Positions 18,182 through 27,229 of a DNA stretch of 44,613 bases are shown here, in pieces. Made by a program: the position numbers and the translations under genes. The notes beneath the pieces were generated by a model that did not search any database, had not been told where the DNA came from, and saw nothing but the letters and a program-made list of their open reading frames with translations. Each line of letters opens with the position of its first letter. Position 1 is the first letter of the stretch. The stretch lies in IMG/VR virus record IMGVR_UViG_3300048893_000087, positions 1 to 44,613 of that record; one strand, 5' to 3'. This stretch comes from a virus. Its lineage: Duplodnaviria; Caudoviricetes.

Positions 18182-18405
18182 AGCCCATGGACCCGGATGC
18201 GCCGCACCTTGCCCTTGCCTACCCGGGATAACTCCCCTTCCCGCTCAAGCCTCGCTACGATGCGCGAAACCTCCTGCCGGGTACGGATGCCCAACCGCTC
18301 GCAGATCATACCGTAGGACGGTGCTACGCCATCCTTGCGCAGGGCTTCCCGTGTGTAGCTCAACACCTGCTTGCTGCGGAACGCCGGCCTGCCTCGGTTA
18401 TTCAT
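18178..18405 (-). CDS. LexA-type winged-helix DNA-binding protein (candidate late regulator)
   Basis: GVAPSYGMICERLGI...VSRIVARLEREGELSR...RRIRV resembles the LexA DNA-binding domain; no peptidase domain. Confidence 0.7.
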   Translation of the reverse strand: MNNRGRPAFRSKQVLSYTREALRKDGVAPSYGMICERLGIRTRQEVSRIVARLEREGELSRVGKGKVRRIRVHGL

Positions 18406-18593
18406 GGGTTAACCTCCCGATATGCGACGATATCTTTGCCGCGTTTGCCGGTTGTGCTCCAATCGAGGAACTGGGCTACGGCTGGCCTCTTGCGCTCCCG
18501 TCCGCTGCGATAACGGGTGATGACCCCTGCGGTCAGGGAGAGACCTTGCGGAAAGACGCTTTCGCCGTTCCAGGGTGTCCAGTCACTCATCAC
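18402..18593 (-). CDS. Hypothetical protein
   Basis: SDWTPWNG...DW...DIVAYR phage motif. Confidence 0.6.
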   Translation of the reverse strand: MMSDWTPWNGESVFPQGLSLTAGVITRYRSGRERKRPAVAQFLDWSTTGKRGKDIVAYREVNP

Positions 18594-18633
18594 GCTGCCT
18601 CGCTCTCGCCTTCACGGCGTGGATTGGGGGTGC

Positions 18634-19218
18634 TCATTTCCGCGCGCCCTTGCCGTAATTGCAGGGAGAGCAGAGGGCCTGGAGATTGTCGAAGATCGTC
18701 AGACCGCCATCACTGATCGGCTTGACGTGGTCGATGTGAAGGTGCGCACCAGTCTCAGGGCTCGCCCCGCACGCTCGGCAACGGAAATTGTCCCGCACCA
18801 GCACGTCGTATCTAAGCTTTGGTGTCAGCTTTGAGCGCTCTTCCGCATCAGAGGTTGTGCGGACACTAAGCGCCGGCTCCTGTGGTGCCCTTTTCAGAGC
18901 GCCATACATTTCCCATCCGAAATGGCCGGCAAGCGCCTCTATCAGCGATACGACGCGCTCTTGGGTTGTTTGGTCCCAATCCTTGCTTAGCACGTGATGA
19001 ACCAGCCACAGAAGCTTGTCGGGCTCGGCGATCGAGATCAACGGCACGGAATACTCGTATCCTCCCCACCATAGGCACAGGCATGCCTCTTCGTGCAGGA
19101 TGACGAACATGTCAGGGTTGCGCGGATCTTGCGGCGCGTACCTGAAATGGTCCTGAGTTTTTCGCTTCGTCTCGATTTCGACCAGCGAGTAAACGGGAAA
19201 GGTATCGTCAGATTTCAT
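18634..19218 (-). CDS. HNH endonuclease
   Basis: LRYDVLVRDNFRCRACG...LHIDHVKP...NLQALCSPCNYGK. Confidence 0.85.
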   Translation of the reverse strand: MKSDDTFPVYSLVEIETKRKTQDHFRYAPQDPRNPDMFVILHEEACLCLWWGGYEYSVPLISIAEPDKLLWLVHHVLSKDWDQTTQERVVSLIEALAGHFGWEMYGALKRAPQEPALSVRTTSDAEERSKLTPKLRYDVLVRDNFRCRACGASPETGAHLHIDHVKPISDGGLTIFDNLQALCSPCNYGKGARK

Positions 19219-19616
19219 GCTGCGTTCCTCGTTGGTTCGGTCCACGTCACATCGTGCTCGGCGCCGAATGCGTAAATCAGTTCGATAAGGTCGCTCATCT
19301 GAGACTTGCTCAGCGCTGACGATTTGAACCCGGTCGGGAAAGGCTGGCCGTTAAGTCCCATTTCGAATTGAACGGCGTGGCCGCAGGCGTGCATGAACAG
19401 CGCCTTCCACACTTCGGGAGTGGCGACGCGACCTTGGGGCTTTGCGCGGGATACATCCGAGAGCATCGCCCACATCTTTGAATTTTGATCGGCGGTGCGG
19501 GTTGCCTCGCGAATGTTGAGCACGGCCCCAGCGGGCGCGATATCGATCAAGCGCTTGGCCTTGGCGCGGGCGAAGTCGTTGCCCAGGATGATCGTTTGAC
19601 CCTGTCCACTAGCCAT
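19215..19616 (-). CDS. ninB: NinB family recombination protein
   Basis: RTADQNSKMWAMLSDVS, PEVWKALF, SSALSKSQMSDLIELIYAFGAEHDVTW. Confidence 0.85.
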   Translation of the reverse strand: MASGQGQTIILGNDFARAKAKRLIDIAPAGAVLNIREATRTADQNSKMWAMLSDVSRAKPQGRVATPEVWKALFMHACGHAVQFEMGLNGQPFPTGFKSSALSKSQMSDLIELIYAFGAEHDVTWTEPTRNAA

Positions 19617-19995
19617 TGTTCGCGGTCCACTTCTTTCCTTGCGGGGTGCGGAGCCATCCGTCCCAATATCCAGAGGCGAGATCTTCGCCGCGGTTGGGGA
19701 GGAAGCGCTTTTCAAAGCCGGGCCAGCCCATATTGTGCTGGAGCCGATGGCAGCTATCCGACAGCGGGATGCACCAGCGATCAGCTACCTTGGAGCCCAT
19801 GCCCTTCGCATCGGGTGTGCCCTTTGCGGCGTAATCGACATGAGCCGAACGGATAGGACCGTCGCAATCGGGGTTGCGTCCGCCACAGGCACAGGGACGG
19901 CCCCGGAGCCATTGACGGAACGCATCGGCTACCTTCCATTCCGGACGCGGGGCGTTGCGGAATTTGGAGCGCAGGGCTGAGGGGCCGAGCAACAT
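19609..19995 (-). CDS. DUF968/Ref-like Zn-binding putative nuclease
   Basis: WLRGRPCACG...AHV...GMGSKVADRWCIPLSDSCHRLQH. Confidence 0.7.
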   Translation of the reverse strand: MLLGPSALRSKFRNAPRPEWKVADAFRQWLRGRPCACGGRNPDCDGPIRSAHVDYAAKGTPDAKGMGSKVADRWCIPLSDSCHRLQHNMGWPGFEKRFLPNRGEDLASGYWDGWLRTPQGKKWTANNG

Positions 19996-20441
19996 CAGAA
20001 CTCGGCCGTATCGCGGTCGTCATCGAAGCCGGGGATATATCCCTCGTCACCCTTGGTAGGGCGCCGGCTCGTTTGCGATTCACCTTGGCCGGCTGGCGCG
20101 TCCAGCATCGTCAGGACGCTGTTGAAGCCCTGCAACACAATCTCGGTGCTGTACTTGTCCGCCCCGTTAGCATCCTGCCACTTCCGGGTCTGGAGCGAGC
20201 CTTCGATGTAGACCTTGGAACCCTTGCGAAGATACCGCTCGGCAACGTTGGCAATGCCTTCATTGAAGATGGCGACGGTGTGCCACTCGGTTTTCTCTTT
20301 GCGCTCGCCCGTGCTCTTGTCTTTCCAGGTTTCGGAGGTGGCGATGCGGAGATTGACCACCTTTCCCCCGTTCTGGAATGAGCGGGATTCAGGGTCGCGG
20401 CCGAGATTGCCGACGATGATCACTTTGTTGACAGAGCCCAT
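19995..20441 (-). CDS. ssb: Single-stranded DNA-binding protein
   Basis: [16 protein letters not shown]...[19 protein letters not shown]; acidic tail. Confidence 0.95.
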   Translation of the reverse strand: MGSVNKVIIVGNLGRDPESRSFQNGGKVVNLRIATSETWKDKSTGERKEKTEWHTVAIFNEGIANVAERYLRKGSKVYIEGSLQTRKWQDANGADKYSTEIVLQGFNSVLTMLDAPAGQGESQTSRRPTKGDEGYIPGFDDDRDTAEF

Positions 20442-20878
20442 TATGCTGCCTTCCTATTTTTCCAGATTGTGCGTGGTGACCGATCGCCGGTACGCCCGTG
20501 AAAATAGGCGACGGCTTCGGGCATATTCAGGTTCTCTTTTTGCGTACCCCAGCGCAGATTGCCCGGCCGATTATTCGACGGGTTCTCATCCAGATGGAGC
20601 GCCAGCGGCTTGTCGACAGGCTGCGGCCCGTGGAATGCCTCGCAGACCAGCCGGGCAACATTGAAAGTCTTTTTCAGGCCGACAATGTAGATGATCCGGC
20701 GCTTTGGAATGCCTTCACGGCCCGGCGCAGACTTCTGCTCGGTACCCCAGCGCGGCTTGGGGTTGGCATAGTGCCGGCCTGCCCTCGTGGTATAGGGCTT
20801 GAGCCGCACGCGGCCAAAGCTCGAAGCTTCCATTTGCGGCACGCTGGGAATGTCGCGCCACACTTCTTCGTCAGCCAT
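20441..20878 (-). CDS. NUMOD4-HNH homing endonuclease-like protein
   Basis: EVWRDIP...EASSFGRVR; [11 protein letters not shown]...[22 protein letters not shown]. Confidence 0.85.
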   Translation of the reverse strand: MADEEVWRDIPSVPQMEASSFGRVRLKPYTTRAGRHYANPKPRWGTEQKSAPGREGIPKRRIIYIVGLKKTFNVARLVCEAFHGPQPVDKPLALHLDENPSNNRPGNLRWGTQKENLNMPEAVAYFHGRTGDRSPRTIWKNRKAA

Positions 20879-21574
20879 CTAAAAAGCTTCCTTTTTGGTT
20901 TCGACCTTCACGCCATCGATCGGGCGCGCTTTGAAATTGCGGCGCACGTAGTCTTCGATGAACGCGGTGACAGAGTCGCGATCGTTGCGGACGATCCAGT
21001 TCAGCGCCTCTTTGTGGCTCTCGATCTCGTAGACCTGCACAGTGCGCATGCCCTTGACCGTGTCCTTCGCCGCGCGAGCAGCGGCGCGCTGGGCGTCTTC
21101 GGCCTCGCGGAGAAGATCGTCAGCCGCGCGCTGGTCACTCAGGCTGGATGCGTTGGCCAACAGATGCGCCTGACGTGCCGCTTCAGCCTTCGCCGCAGCT
21201 TCGGCTTCCGCTGCCAGGCGGGCTTCCTCCTTGGCCGCTGCCAGCTTCGTTTTGTACGGCGCCTGTGCGGCAATCAGGCATTTCACCTGACGGTCGAGAT
21301 CATCCTGTGTCGGCTTCCAGCGCGCGACTTCAGTTTTCCACGCCTCATGCAATGGCTTCGTGAACTCGTCGCGCGCCTCATCCACGGCCTTTCTGGCCGC
21401 CTTCAGCTCCTTCAGCAGAGCGTCGGTCGCCTTGAGCTGCCCGTCGTTTTCGACTTCCGCGCCGTCGAGCCAGTTCGCGACTTCCTCCAGCACTGAACCA
21501 AAGGGCTCAAGCGCAAGGTCGATCGGGTCAGGGGGATTATTGCCGCCGATGACGGCACGTGCGTTGGCGGCCAT
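20879..21574 (-). CDS. Coiled-coil recombination-module protein (hypothetical)
   Basis: Helical sequence; coupled between the annealase and ssb region. Confidence 0.6.
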   Translation of the reverse strand: MAANARAVIGGNNPPDPIDLALEPFGSVLEEVANWLDGAEVENDGQLKATDALLKELKAARKAVDEARDEFTKPLHEAWKTEVARWKPTQDDLDRQVKCLIAAQAPYKTKLAAAKEEARLAAEAEAAAKAEAARQAHLLANASSLSDQRAADDLLREAEDAQRAAARAAKDTVKGMRTVQVYEIESHKEALNWIVRNDRDSVTAFIEDYVRRNFKARPIDGVKVETKKEAF

Positions 21575-22323
21575 CAGTAGGGTACCTCGTCTTCAAGGAT
21601 ATCGCTGGCGTGCTTGGGCTTCTCGGTCAGGCGGCCGATGCGATCCTCAAGCGCCTTCCTCGCACGGGGAAATTGGGCGACGGCCAGTTCAGGCAGCGTC
21701 CCGCACTTGAGCCATTCGACAAAGGCTTCCTCGCTGGAATCAGCCTGCTTGAGCAGTGTGCGGAGCTCGGCACATTGCGAAGCGCTGATACCGGTGCTGG
21801 CCGGGGCGGCGTCTTCATCATCAGCGTGAAGGTCGCCCTTGTGCCAAAGGTCGAGAGCCGCGCCGAACCTCATGGCCGCATTGCGCAGCGCGTCGCCGAT
21901 TACCTCTTTCTCGCGTGCGCCGGGATCTACCCCAGGCTTGGCAGCGGCATGGCCGTAACCGAGCCGCGAGACACCGCAGACGGTCAGCTTGATCCACAGG
22001 CCGCCCGACTGATCGAACGCCGGCAGGCCGTCGCGCAGGGCCAATGGCTCCCATGACCATTCGGGGTCAGTGTCCAACAGGCGATCGGTCAGCGCGGCAT
22101 GCCCGACATAATCGAGATGGATCACCTCGGGATGGTGCCAGCTTCCGCAATCCTTGCAGCGGATGCCCTTTTTGAAATCAGCCTTGACCGCTTCGGTCTG
22201 TGCCTTCGTGGGCTTCGGCAATTTGCTGATCTGGTTCGGCGGAAAAGGCGCGCGCAACAGGTCGAGGCCTTCCGGCTTAGGGCTGGTAGGCGTCTTGTCT
22301 GAAATCCTTGCTACTGAAGCCAT
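21574..22323 (-). CDS. Rad52/Sak-like single-strand annealing protein
   Basis: LRAPFP...LDYVGHAALTDRLLDTDPEWSW...KEVIGDALRNAAMRFG.ALDLW. Confidence 0.75.
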   Translation of the reverse strand: MASVARISDKTPTSPKPEGLDLLRAPFPPNQISKLPKPTKAQTEAVKADFKKGIRCKDCGSWHHPEVIHLDYVGHAALTDRLLDTDPEWSWEPLALRDGLPAFDQSGGLWIKLTVCGVSRLGYGHAAAKPGVDPGAREKEVIGDALRNAAMRFGAALDLWHKGDLHADDEDAAPASTGISASQCAELRTLLKQADSSEEAFVEWLKCGTLPELAVAQFPRARKALEDRIGRLTEKPKHASDILEDEVPY

Positions 22324-22340
22324 CTGTTTTACTCCTTATT

Positions 22341-23069
22341 TCAATGAGTTCCAGTTAGGTGAATGAGATCGCCGATCGCGCGGGGCGGCCCGGTGTTGCC
22401 GGTGCGAGGCGGAACAGCCGGCGCTTGCCGGCTCGCTGAAAACATCGGGTTGTCGTTGAGCTTCACCAGATAGGCCGCGCGATCGGCATCGGTCATTGGC
22501 TTGGCGGGTTGGCGCTGTGCGCTGTCGCCGCTCGTCATTTCGAGCGCTTTCAGGAAGTTCTTGGCTTCCAGGAACCAGCCGAGATTGGCTCGCCAGCCTC
22601 GGTCATTCTCACCGCAGTGGAATTTGCTGGCGCCGAGATTGGCCATCGCCGCGAACAGCTCAGCCTCGCCGTGATCCCGCAGCCTCGCTTTCAGCAGGGC
22701 TTTCCGGCTGGCATCGAGCTTCGTTGCCCTCCGAGCCCCATTCGCTGCCGGTCCAGCATTCCATTCCGAAACCACCTTTTCGAGCAAAGGGGGCTGTGAA
22801 GCGTTAGCTTCACAAGGTTCCGGGGGGTTAGATATATACTCATTGGGGGGGGGTGATGATCCGACGGATTCCACCGGTTCCACCGGAATTCCACCGGAAA
22901 TACGCTTGACCTTCCGCTTGCGATCGCGGTCATAAGCGCGGCGCTTTTCAGCTACACGGTCAATACTGGCCGGCTGCGCCGCCTCCATCTCCGCAACAGC
23001 GCGCACGAGATCGTCGCCGGAAACACCGGCCGCTATCAGGTGCTTCAAGGCGGTCGCTATGATGCTCAT
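22341..23069 (-). CDS. Replication initiator protein (putative)
   Basis: RRAYDRDRKR basic segment; C-terminal GENDRGWRANLGWFL motif; internal iteron-like repeats. Confidence 0.7.
   Translation of the reverse strand: MSIIATALKHLIAAGVSGDDLVRAVAEMEAAQPASIDRVAEKRRAYDRDRKRKVKRISGGIPVEPVESVGSSPPPNEYISNPPEPCEANASQPPLLEKVVSEWNAGPAANGARRATKLDASRKALLKARLRDHGEAELFAAMANLGASKFHCGENDRGWRANLGWFLEAKNFLKALEMTSGDSAQRQPAKPMTDADRAAYLVKLNDNPMFSASRQAPAVPPRTGNTGPPRAIGDLIHLTGTH
22795..22899. repeat. Putative replication origin inside the initiator gene
   Basis: Three TTCCACCGG copies (22869, 22878, 22889), adjacent AT-rich TTAGATATATACTCATT, and palindrome TGTGAAGC-GTTA-GCTTCACA. Confidence 0.55.
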
Positions 23070-23395
23070 GCCGGCATCCCCGCCATGATGGCGCGCCGAT
23101 CGCGGGCAATGGTGTCTAGGGTGATTTGCCGGGCCTCGGCAGCGCTCACCTTGCGAGCTGTCTGGAGATAGTCCTTGCGATACTCCAGCGGGCACCACGC
23201 GAGGCGCGCACGGGATACCGCGGCCATTTTAGGGCTGATGTTCCACATGGCGCGGCGCGTGGCGCTGATGGCCGCCCTGCGACGCTCACAGGCGCCGATC
23301 GACCGACCAAAGCATGATTTGCATAGCCCGCTGGTGTTCCTGCGGCCAAGTGGCTTAGAGCAATCGCGGCAAGGGGTTTTGAATAGAGCGCCCAT
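23066..23395 (-). CDS. Hypothetical Zn-finger protein
   Basis: CRDC...CKSC. Confidence 0.55.
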   Translation of the reverse strand: MGALFKTPCRDCSKPLGRRNTSGLCKSCFGRSIGACERRRAAISATRRAMWNISPKMAAVSRARLAWCPLEYRKDYLQTARKVSAAEARQITLDTIARDRRAIMAGMPA

Positions 23396-23403
23396 CGACT
23401 AGT

Positions 23404-23811
23404 CTATGCTTTCCCGATCCGAGGATTTACAAGAGCCGCCGCAAAATTGTTTTGAGGTGCAATTGCGCATCCTTCGATCGTCACGACAGCGCCAGTTACG
23501 GACTGGTCGCGCTCGATCATCAGGAAGTCGATGTACCGATCATCCGGCATGTCGATGTTGGCGACGAGCAGATCAGTGATCGCCTTTTCGCGGTTGGCGA
23601 TGTCGGACTGGTAGTTGATGCCCAGCTTGATATGCAGGCGAACGGGTTTGTGGACCGAAGGCGAGCCGTAGGCAGCATATTGGGCACCCAGGGCGTCGCC
23701 AGCTTCGCGCTTCCACGCTGTATAGGCTTTGGAGGCAAACCGACGCTTAGTCTTGAAGTCGGTCGCGAACATGCCGTTGAGGCTCGGAGGCATTGGCAGA
23801 TCGAAGGTCAC
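23404..23811 (-). CDS. rusA: RusA-like Holliday junction resolvase
   Basis: LPMPPSLN...DIANREKAITDLL...DDRYID. Confidence 0.8.
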   Translation of the reverse strand: MTFDLPMPPSLNGMFATDFKTKRRFASKAYTAWKREAGDALGAQYAAYGSPSVHKPVRLHIKLGINYQSDIANREKAITDLLVANIDMPDDRYIDFLMIERDQSVTGAVVTIEGCAIAPQNNFAAALVNPRIGKA

Positions 23812-23960
23812 GCCCCGGCCCTCCGCTTTGCCCATCCGGCCTTTGCAGCGGCCCTGCGGATGCGGTAATCAGTGGTGGCGTAGCTCTTGGCTCGCTCCTC
23901 GGTGATGCGCTGGAGACGGCGCTTGGCGAGGTATTGGTTGATCGCGCGGGCTAAGATCAT
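23808..23960 (-). CDS. Small basic hypothetical protein
   Basis: Coupled ORF MILARAINQYL... Confidence 0.5.
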   Translation of the reverse strand: MILARAINQYLAKRRLQRITEERAKSYATTDYRIRRAAAKAGWAKRRAGA

Positions 23961-24295
23961 GATGCCTGCGCCCCAAGTCCGGCGCGGATTGTCTCCCACA
24001 TGTATTGGACGCTGCGATAACCGAGTCCGGTGCTATCGGCGAAGCTCTTGAGCGTCCCGCTTTCCGCCATGTGCTCAGCCAGCGCATCACGCCGTTCAGC
24101 CGCAGTCTGCCGCTGGGGGCTGAGCTTGACGATGTGATAAGCGCGGCGCTCGTTGTAGCCGTTTGCGCGCGCCAGGCGGCGAATGGTGGACACGTTGAAT
24201 CCGTGGCGCAGCCCGATCGCGCGGAAAGACTGGTTGCCCGCGATTTCCGCCACGATGGCATCGCGGATTTCGACGGTCATCGGGCGGCCGGTCAT
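23957..24295 (-). CDS. Tandem HTH protein
   Basis: SFRAIGLRHGFNVSTIRRLA and TLKSFADSTGLGYRSVQYMW. Confidence 0.6.
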   Translation of the reverse strand: MTGRPMTVEIRDAIVAEIAGNQSFRAIGLRHGFNVSTIRRLARANGYNERRAYHIVKLSPQRQTAAERRDALAEHMAESGTLKSFADSTGLGYRSVQYMWETIRAGLGAQAS

Positions 24296-24513
24296 GCGAT
24301 TTCCCCATACATGGCATCGAACCGCGCCTTGTTCGCCTCGCGCCAGCGACGTGGTTCTGTCAGGATGGCGCGAGGATAAACGGCTACCCCCGGTGTTTCG
24401 GCGCCGTAGAGCGCATCGAAGTGCGGCTTGTTGCGGATACGCCAGGCGCGCGCCCATGCGATGCGAGCGGCGAAAGGGATGTTGCGCCCCTCTGCTGTCA
24501 GGGTGGGGGTCAT
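24292..24513 (-). CDS. Hypothetical protein
   Basis: Coupled ORF with internal repeat NKPHFDALYG/NKARFDAMYG. Confidence 0.55.
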   Translation of the reverse strand: MTPTLTAEGRNIPFAARIAWARAWRIRNKPHFDALYGAETPGVAVYPRAILTEPRRWREANKARFDAMYGEIA

Positions 24514-24731
24514 GCTGCCGTTTCCTCGGGGAAAGGTCCGAAAATGTCTGATTCAAACGCGGCATGCCATGCGCCGGAGCGAGTGTTCCACCGGAAGCCG
24601 GGTTCGAGGATTTCAACGCCGAGCTGATTGCGCGCTATCCATCCTTCATATTCTTCATACTCGACGCGACGAACGCCACGAATCCGCTTGAGCCTGTAGG
24701 GCGGCGAAATGGGAAGTGTTGGACCCGCCAT
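24510..24731 (-). CDS. Hypothetical protein
   Basis: Coupled ORF. Confidence 0.5.
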   Translation of the reverse strand: MAGPTLPISPPYRLKRIRGVRRVEYEEYEGWIARNQLGVEILEPGFRWNTRSGAWHAAFESDIFGPFPEETAA

Positions 24732-25351
24732 CACGCCGCACTCCGATGGCCACGAATGACCGCGCATTGCTCAACCCAGGCGCCGGATGCCTTGTGGATC
24801 TGGCGCGGTTTTCCGTGGTTCGGATGATAGCCGTTTTCGGCCTCGAACCTCTCTCGGCAGGCGATGGCGTCTTCAAGCCGATCAAAGTGGCCAAGATTTG
24901 TACACTTGCCCGCAGCGCGCCCCGACGCGCGCCATTTCTCGTCACGAGCAAACCACGTGACGCCGACCTTGCCGCTGACGTTAGACAGGCGCAAAGTTTG
25001 GTTTAACGCGTTGTCGCGCTTCGTTACATCACGAAGGTTTTCAAGGCGGTTGTCGTCTCGGACGCCGTTCAGATGATCGACACAGTCCGGCCAGTATCCG
25101 TGCGCAATAGCCCATGCGACGCGGTGCGCCCGGTACAACCTGCCGAAGATCGCGCCGTGCAAATAGCCATTGCTGTAAGCTGTAAACGCGGGCTTCCCCG
25201 AGAACCGCGAATTGAATGTTTTCGCATACTTCGCCGGGTCGGGGGTGTGTGAAAACCATTCGGCATCGCGCGAAAGCCAGAACAGCTCGCCAGTCTCAGC
25301 TTCATAGCTGAGCAGCCGCGCAACAGTTTGGGGCTGGAGTATCTCGCTCAT
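24731..25351 (-). CDS. HNH homing endonuclease with AP2-like C-terminal domain
   Basis: YRAHRVAW...DHLNGVRDDNRLENLR...N; SGKVGVTW...KWRA...LGHFD...A. Confidence 0.85.
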   Translation of the reverse strand: MSEILQPQTVARLLSYEAETGELFWLSRDAEWFSHTPDPAKYAKTFNSRFSGKPAFTAYSNGYLHGAIFGRLYRAHRVAWAIAHGYWPDCVDHLNGVRDDNRLENLRDVTKRDNALNQTLRLSNVSGKVGVTWFARDEKWRASGRAAGKCTNLGHFDRLEDAIACRERFEAENGYHPNHGKPRQIHKASGAWVEQCAVIRGHRSAA

Positions 25352-25758
25352 GCTGCCACCGCCCGCGCTGCCGGTACCAGCCGACGCGCCATGCTCGCGA
25401 TCCGCGCGCGCTCTTGAGGCGTCACGATCTTGTCGCGCTTGGCCTTCGCGATTTCGTGAACGATGCCGGAAGCCTCAACCTCGAGCTCGTCAATGTCGCC
25501 GTCGTCAGTCTCGTTCGTGCCGACGTGCTTTCCCCAAGGATCTAGCAGCATAGAAGACAAATCATCCGGAAGCCGCAGGTCACCGATCGCCCAAAGCGGC
25601 ATCGCAGACCCATCGCGCCATCCCTTGATCGTGCTGGGGGCAATGTCGCGCGTCCGTGCCAGAACGGCGATCGATAGGCCATGTTCATGCTCTGCCAGCC
25701 GAAAAACTTCTCGCTGCAGTGCAACGGAATTTCGCGCATTTCGGGAAAGGTCAGCCAT
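25348..25758 (-). CDS. CII-like phage regulatory protein (putative)
   Basis: HTH-like SIAVLARTRDIAPSTIKGW; C-terminal DKIVTPQER; downstream of cro. Confidence 0.55.
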   Translation of the reverse strand: MADLSRNARNSVALQREVFRLAEHEHGLSIAVLARTRDIAPSTIKGWRDGSAMPLWAIGDLRLPDDLSSMLLDPWGKHVGTNETDDGDIDELEVEASGIVHEIAKAKRDKIVTPQERARIASMARRLVPAARAVAA

Positions 25759-25976
25759 TATTCCGCTCCCGGGTTGTTGTAATTGCTCCGGTCATGAACA
25801 CGACCGACCAAGCCCCCGACTTCGCCGTCGTTCTTCTCAGAGCGTTCGTTCGACTGTTTGCGGCTACCGATCCCGATGAGCGCCCAGACGACCATGAAGA
25901 CGATCGAACCGCCGAAAGCTATGGCGACCCAGAAGCCGAGTTCGGCGATGAAGTTGAGGATAGCGGGCCAGTTCAT
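25758..25976 (-). CDS. Small membrane protein
   Basis: LGFWVAIAFGGSIVFMVVWALIGIG hydrophobic segment. Confidence 0.55.
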   Translation of the reverse strand: MNWPAILNFIAELGFWVAIAFGGSIVFMVVWALIGIGSRKQSNERSEKNDGEVGGLVGRVHDRSNYNNPGAE

Positions 25977-26248
25977 GTCGCGGGTCCGATCGGCTTGCGA
26001 GGGCAGAGCGGACCGGCGCAGGTGAGTTCGGCTCCGGCCGGGCAGATGCATCCGGTGTGCGATTGCACGGGCGCAGTCGGCCAATGATAAGTCGGAACCA
26101 CATCGCCAACGACGCGCTCCGGCTGAATCCACTTGCCGTCGCGCTGGACGAGCCCGCGCATCTGGCAGGGGCATCGTGGTTGGCCGGCTTGTGGGCCGAT
26201 GCAGTTGCAGGCAAAAGCTCGACCTGGTTTGGCGACGAGTCCGCTCAT
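25973..26248 (-). CDS. Cys-rich hypothetical protein
   Basis: CNC...CPC...CIC...C...C; SD GGAGG. Confidence 0.55.
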   Translation of the reverse strand: MSGLVAKPGRAFACNCIGPQAGQPRCPCQMRGLVQRDGKWIQPERVVGDVVPTYHWPTAPVQSHTGCICPAGAELTCAGPLCPRKPIGPAT

Positions 26249-26886
26249 ACCTCCTCCGATGCAGGCGTGGTGCTGTGAGAAAGGAAATCCCCCCACTGCT
26301 TGGCCATTGCCGCGGCGATTCCGGGGAAAAACCTCGAGCGTTCGCGCCAGCGATCGGGCCCGGGAGGCATCCGATGCACGCGCTGTTCGCGGCCGGCGAC
26401 AATGTCAGTTGGCACCAACTTGGGCAGGTTGCGCAGCCAGAGACAGGTGCGCTTGGTTTCCGGGTGGCCGTATTCCCACGGCTGAACCGACTGGGCGAAA
26501 TCCTGGTATCCGACGATGCGCTCTTTCGCGTGCCGGTGCATGACGGGGTTCTCGACTGCGACATGCGGGACGGGTGCGTTCCAGAGCGTGGAGAACAGCG
26601 CGGCGCCTTCGTCCAGCTCCAGCCACATTTCCTCGCGCGTCCGTCCGGGAGGAGCTTTCGTCAGCCAGCGAACGCCGCTATTGCAGAGACGCGTGCAAGG
26701 TGGGTGCGCCACGATCAGCATATCCCAGCCGTCGCCGAGCACCCCGCGAACGTCGCCAGTGATATGGCGGTTGCTGCGCTTCTCGTCGGGCAGCAGATCG
26801 CACGACCATGCGTCGAACCCGCGCGCCAGAAAGGCATCGCGCACGGTCCCGCTGAACTCGCACGCGACAAGCACGCGCCCGCTCAC
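26245..26886 (-). CDS. DNA cytosine methyltransferase-like protein
   Basis: VLVACEFSG (motif I-like), AHPPC (catalytic PC), VENP. Confidence 0.75.
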   Translation of the reverse strand: MSGRVLVACEFSGTVRDAFLARGFDAWSCDLLPDEKRSNRHITGDVRGVLGDGWDMLIVAHPPCTRLCNSGVRWLTKAPPGRTREEMWLELDEGAALFSTLWNAPVPHVAVENPVMHRHAKERIVGYQDFAQSVQPWEYGHPETKRTCLWLRNLPKLVPTDIVAGREQRVHRMPPGPDRWRERSRFFPGIAAAMAKQWGDFLSHSTTPASEEV

Positions 26887-26932
26887 TTCCCCACCCCGCG
26901 CAGAACAACAACCGGTTTGGTGTACAGGGGGA

Positions 26933-27133
26933 TCATGCTGCGGCGCTCTGCACCACGAGATCAGCTTCAGTGACGGCGCCGCCAGTGAACTCGGAAATCT
27001 TCACAGCGAGGGGCAACGATGGCTGCCTTTGACCGTAAACAATCTTCCGGATGGTGGATTCCGCCTCGCCTGTGCGCTTGGCGAAGTCCGCGACGGTTTC
27101 GCCGCGCTCTTTGAGATGATCGATCAGCTTCAT
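26933..27133 (-). CDS. cro: Cro-like HTH regulator
   Basis: TVADFAKRTGEAESTIRKIVYGQRQPS...TGGAVTEADL; divergent from the repressor. Confidence 0.85.
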   Translation of the reverse strand: MKLIDHLKERGETVADFAKRTGEAESTIRKIVYGQRQPSLPLAVKISEFTGGAVTEADLVVQSAAA

Positions 27134-27142
27134 TCGGGCAAT

Positions 27143-27194
27143 ATGCCCCCACCGGGTACATTCTGCAAGCGGGAAATGTACCCACGTGGTGTTC
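27143..27194. promoter_or_regulatory. Right operator/promoter region: ATGCCCCC-ACC-GGGTACAT (27143-27161) plus half-site ATGTACCC (27176)
   Basis: Imperfect palindrome repeated exactly at 27902; lies between TTGCAG-N17-CATATT facing cro. Confidence 0.75.
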
Positions 27195-27229
27195 TAGGCT
27201 TTTGCGCCCCCTTTGGGCACGAAGCGGCC

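Noticed and set aside
26516-27229. 360-aa version of the repressor ORF
   Set aside because: The upstream part is antisense to cro and the methyltransferase and crosses the operators; the HTH starts at ATG 27230
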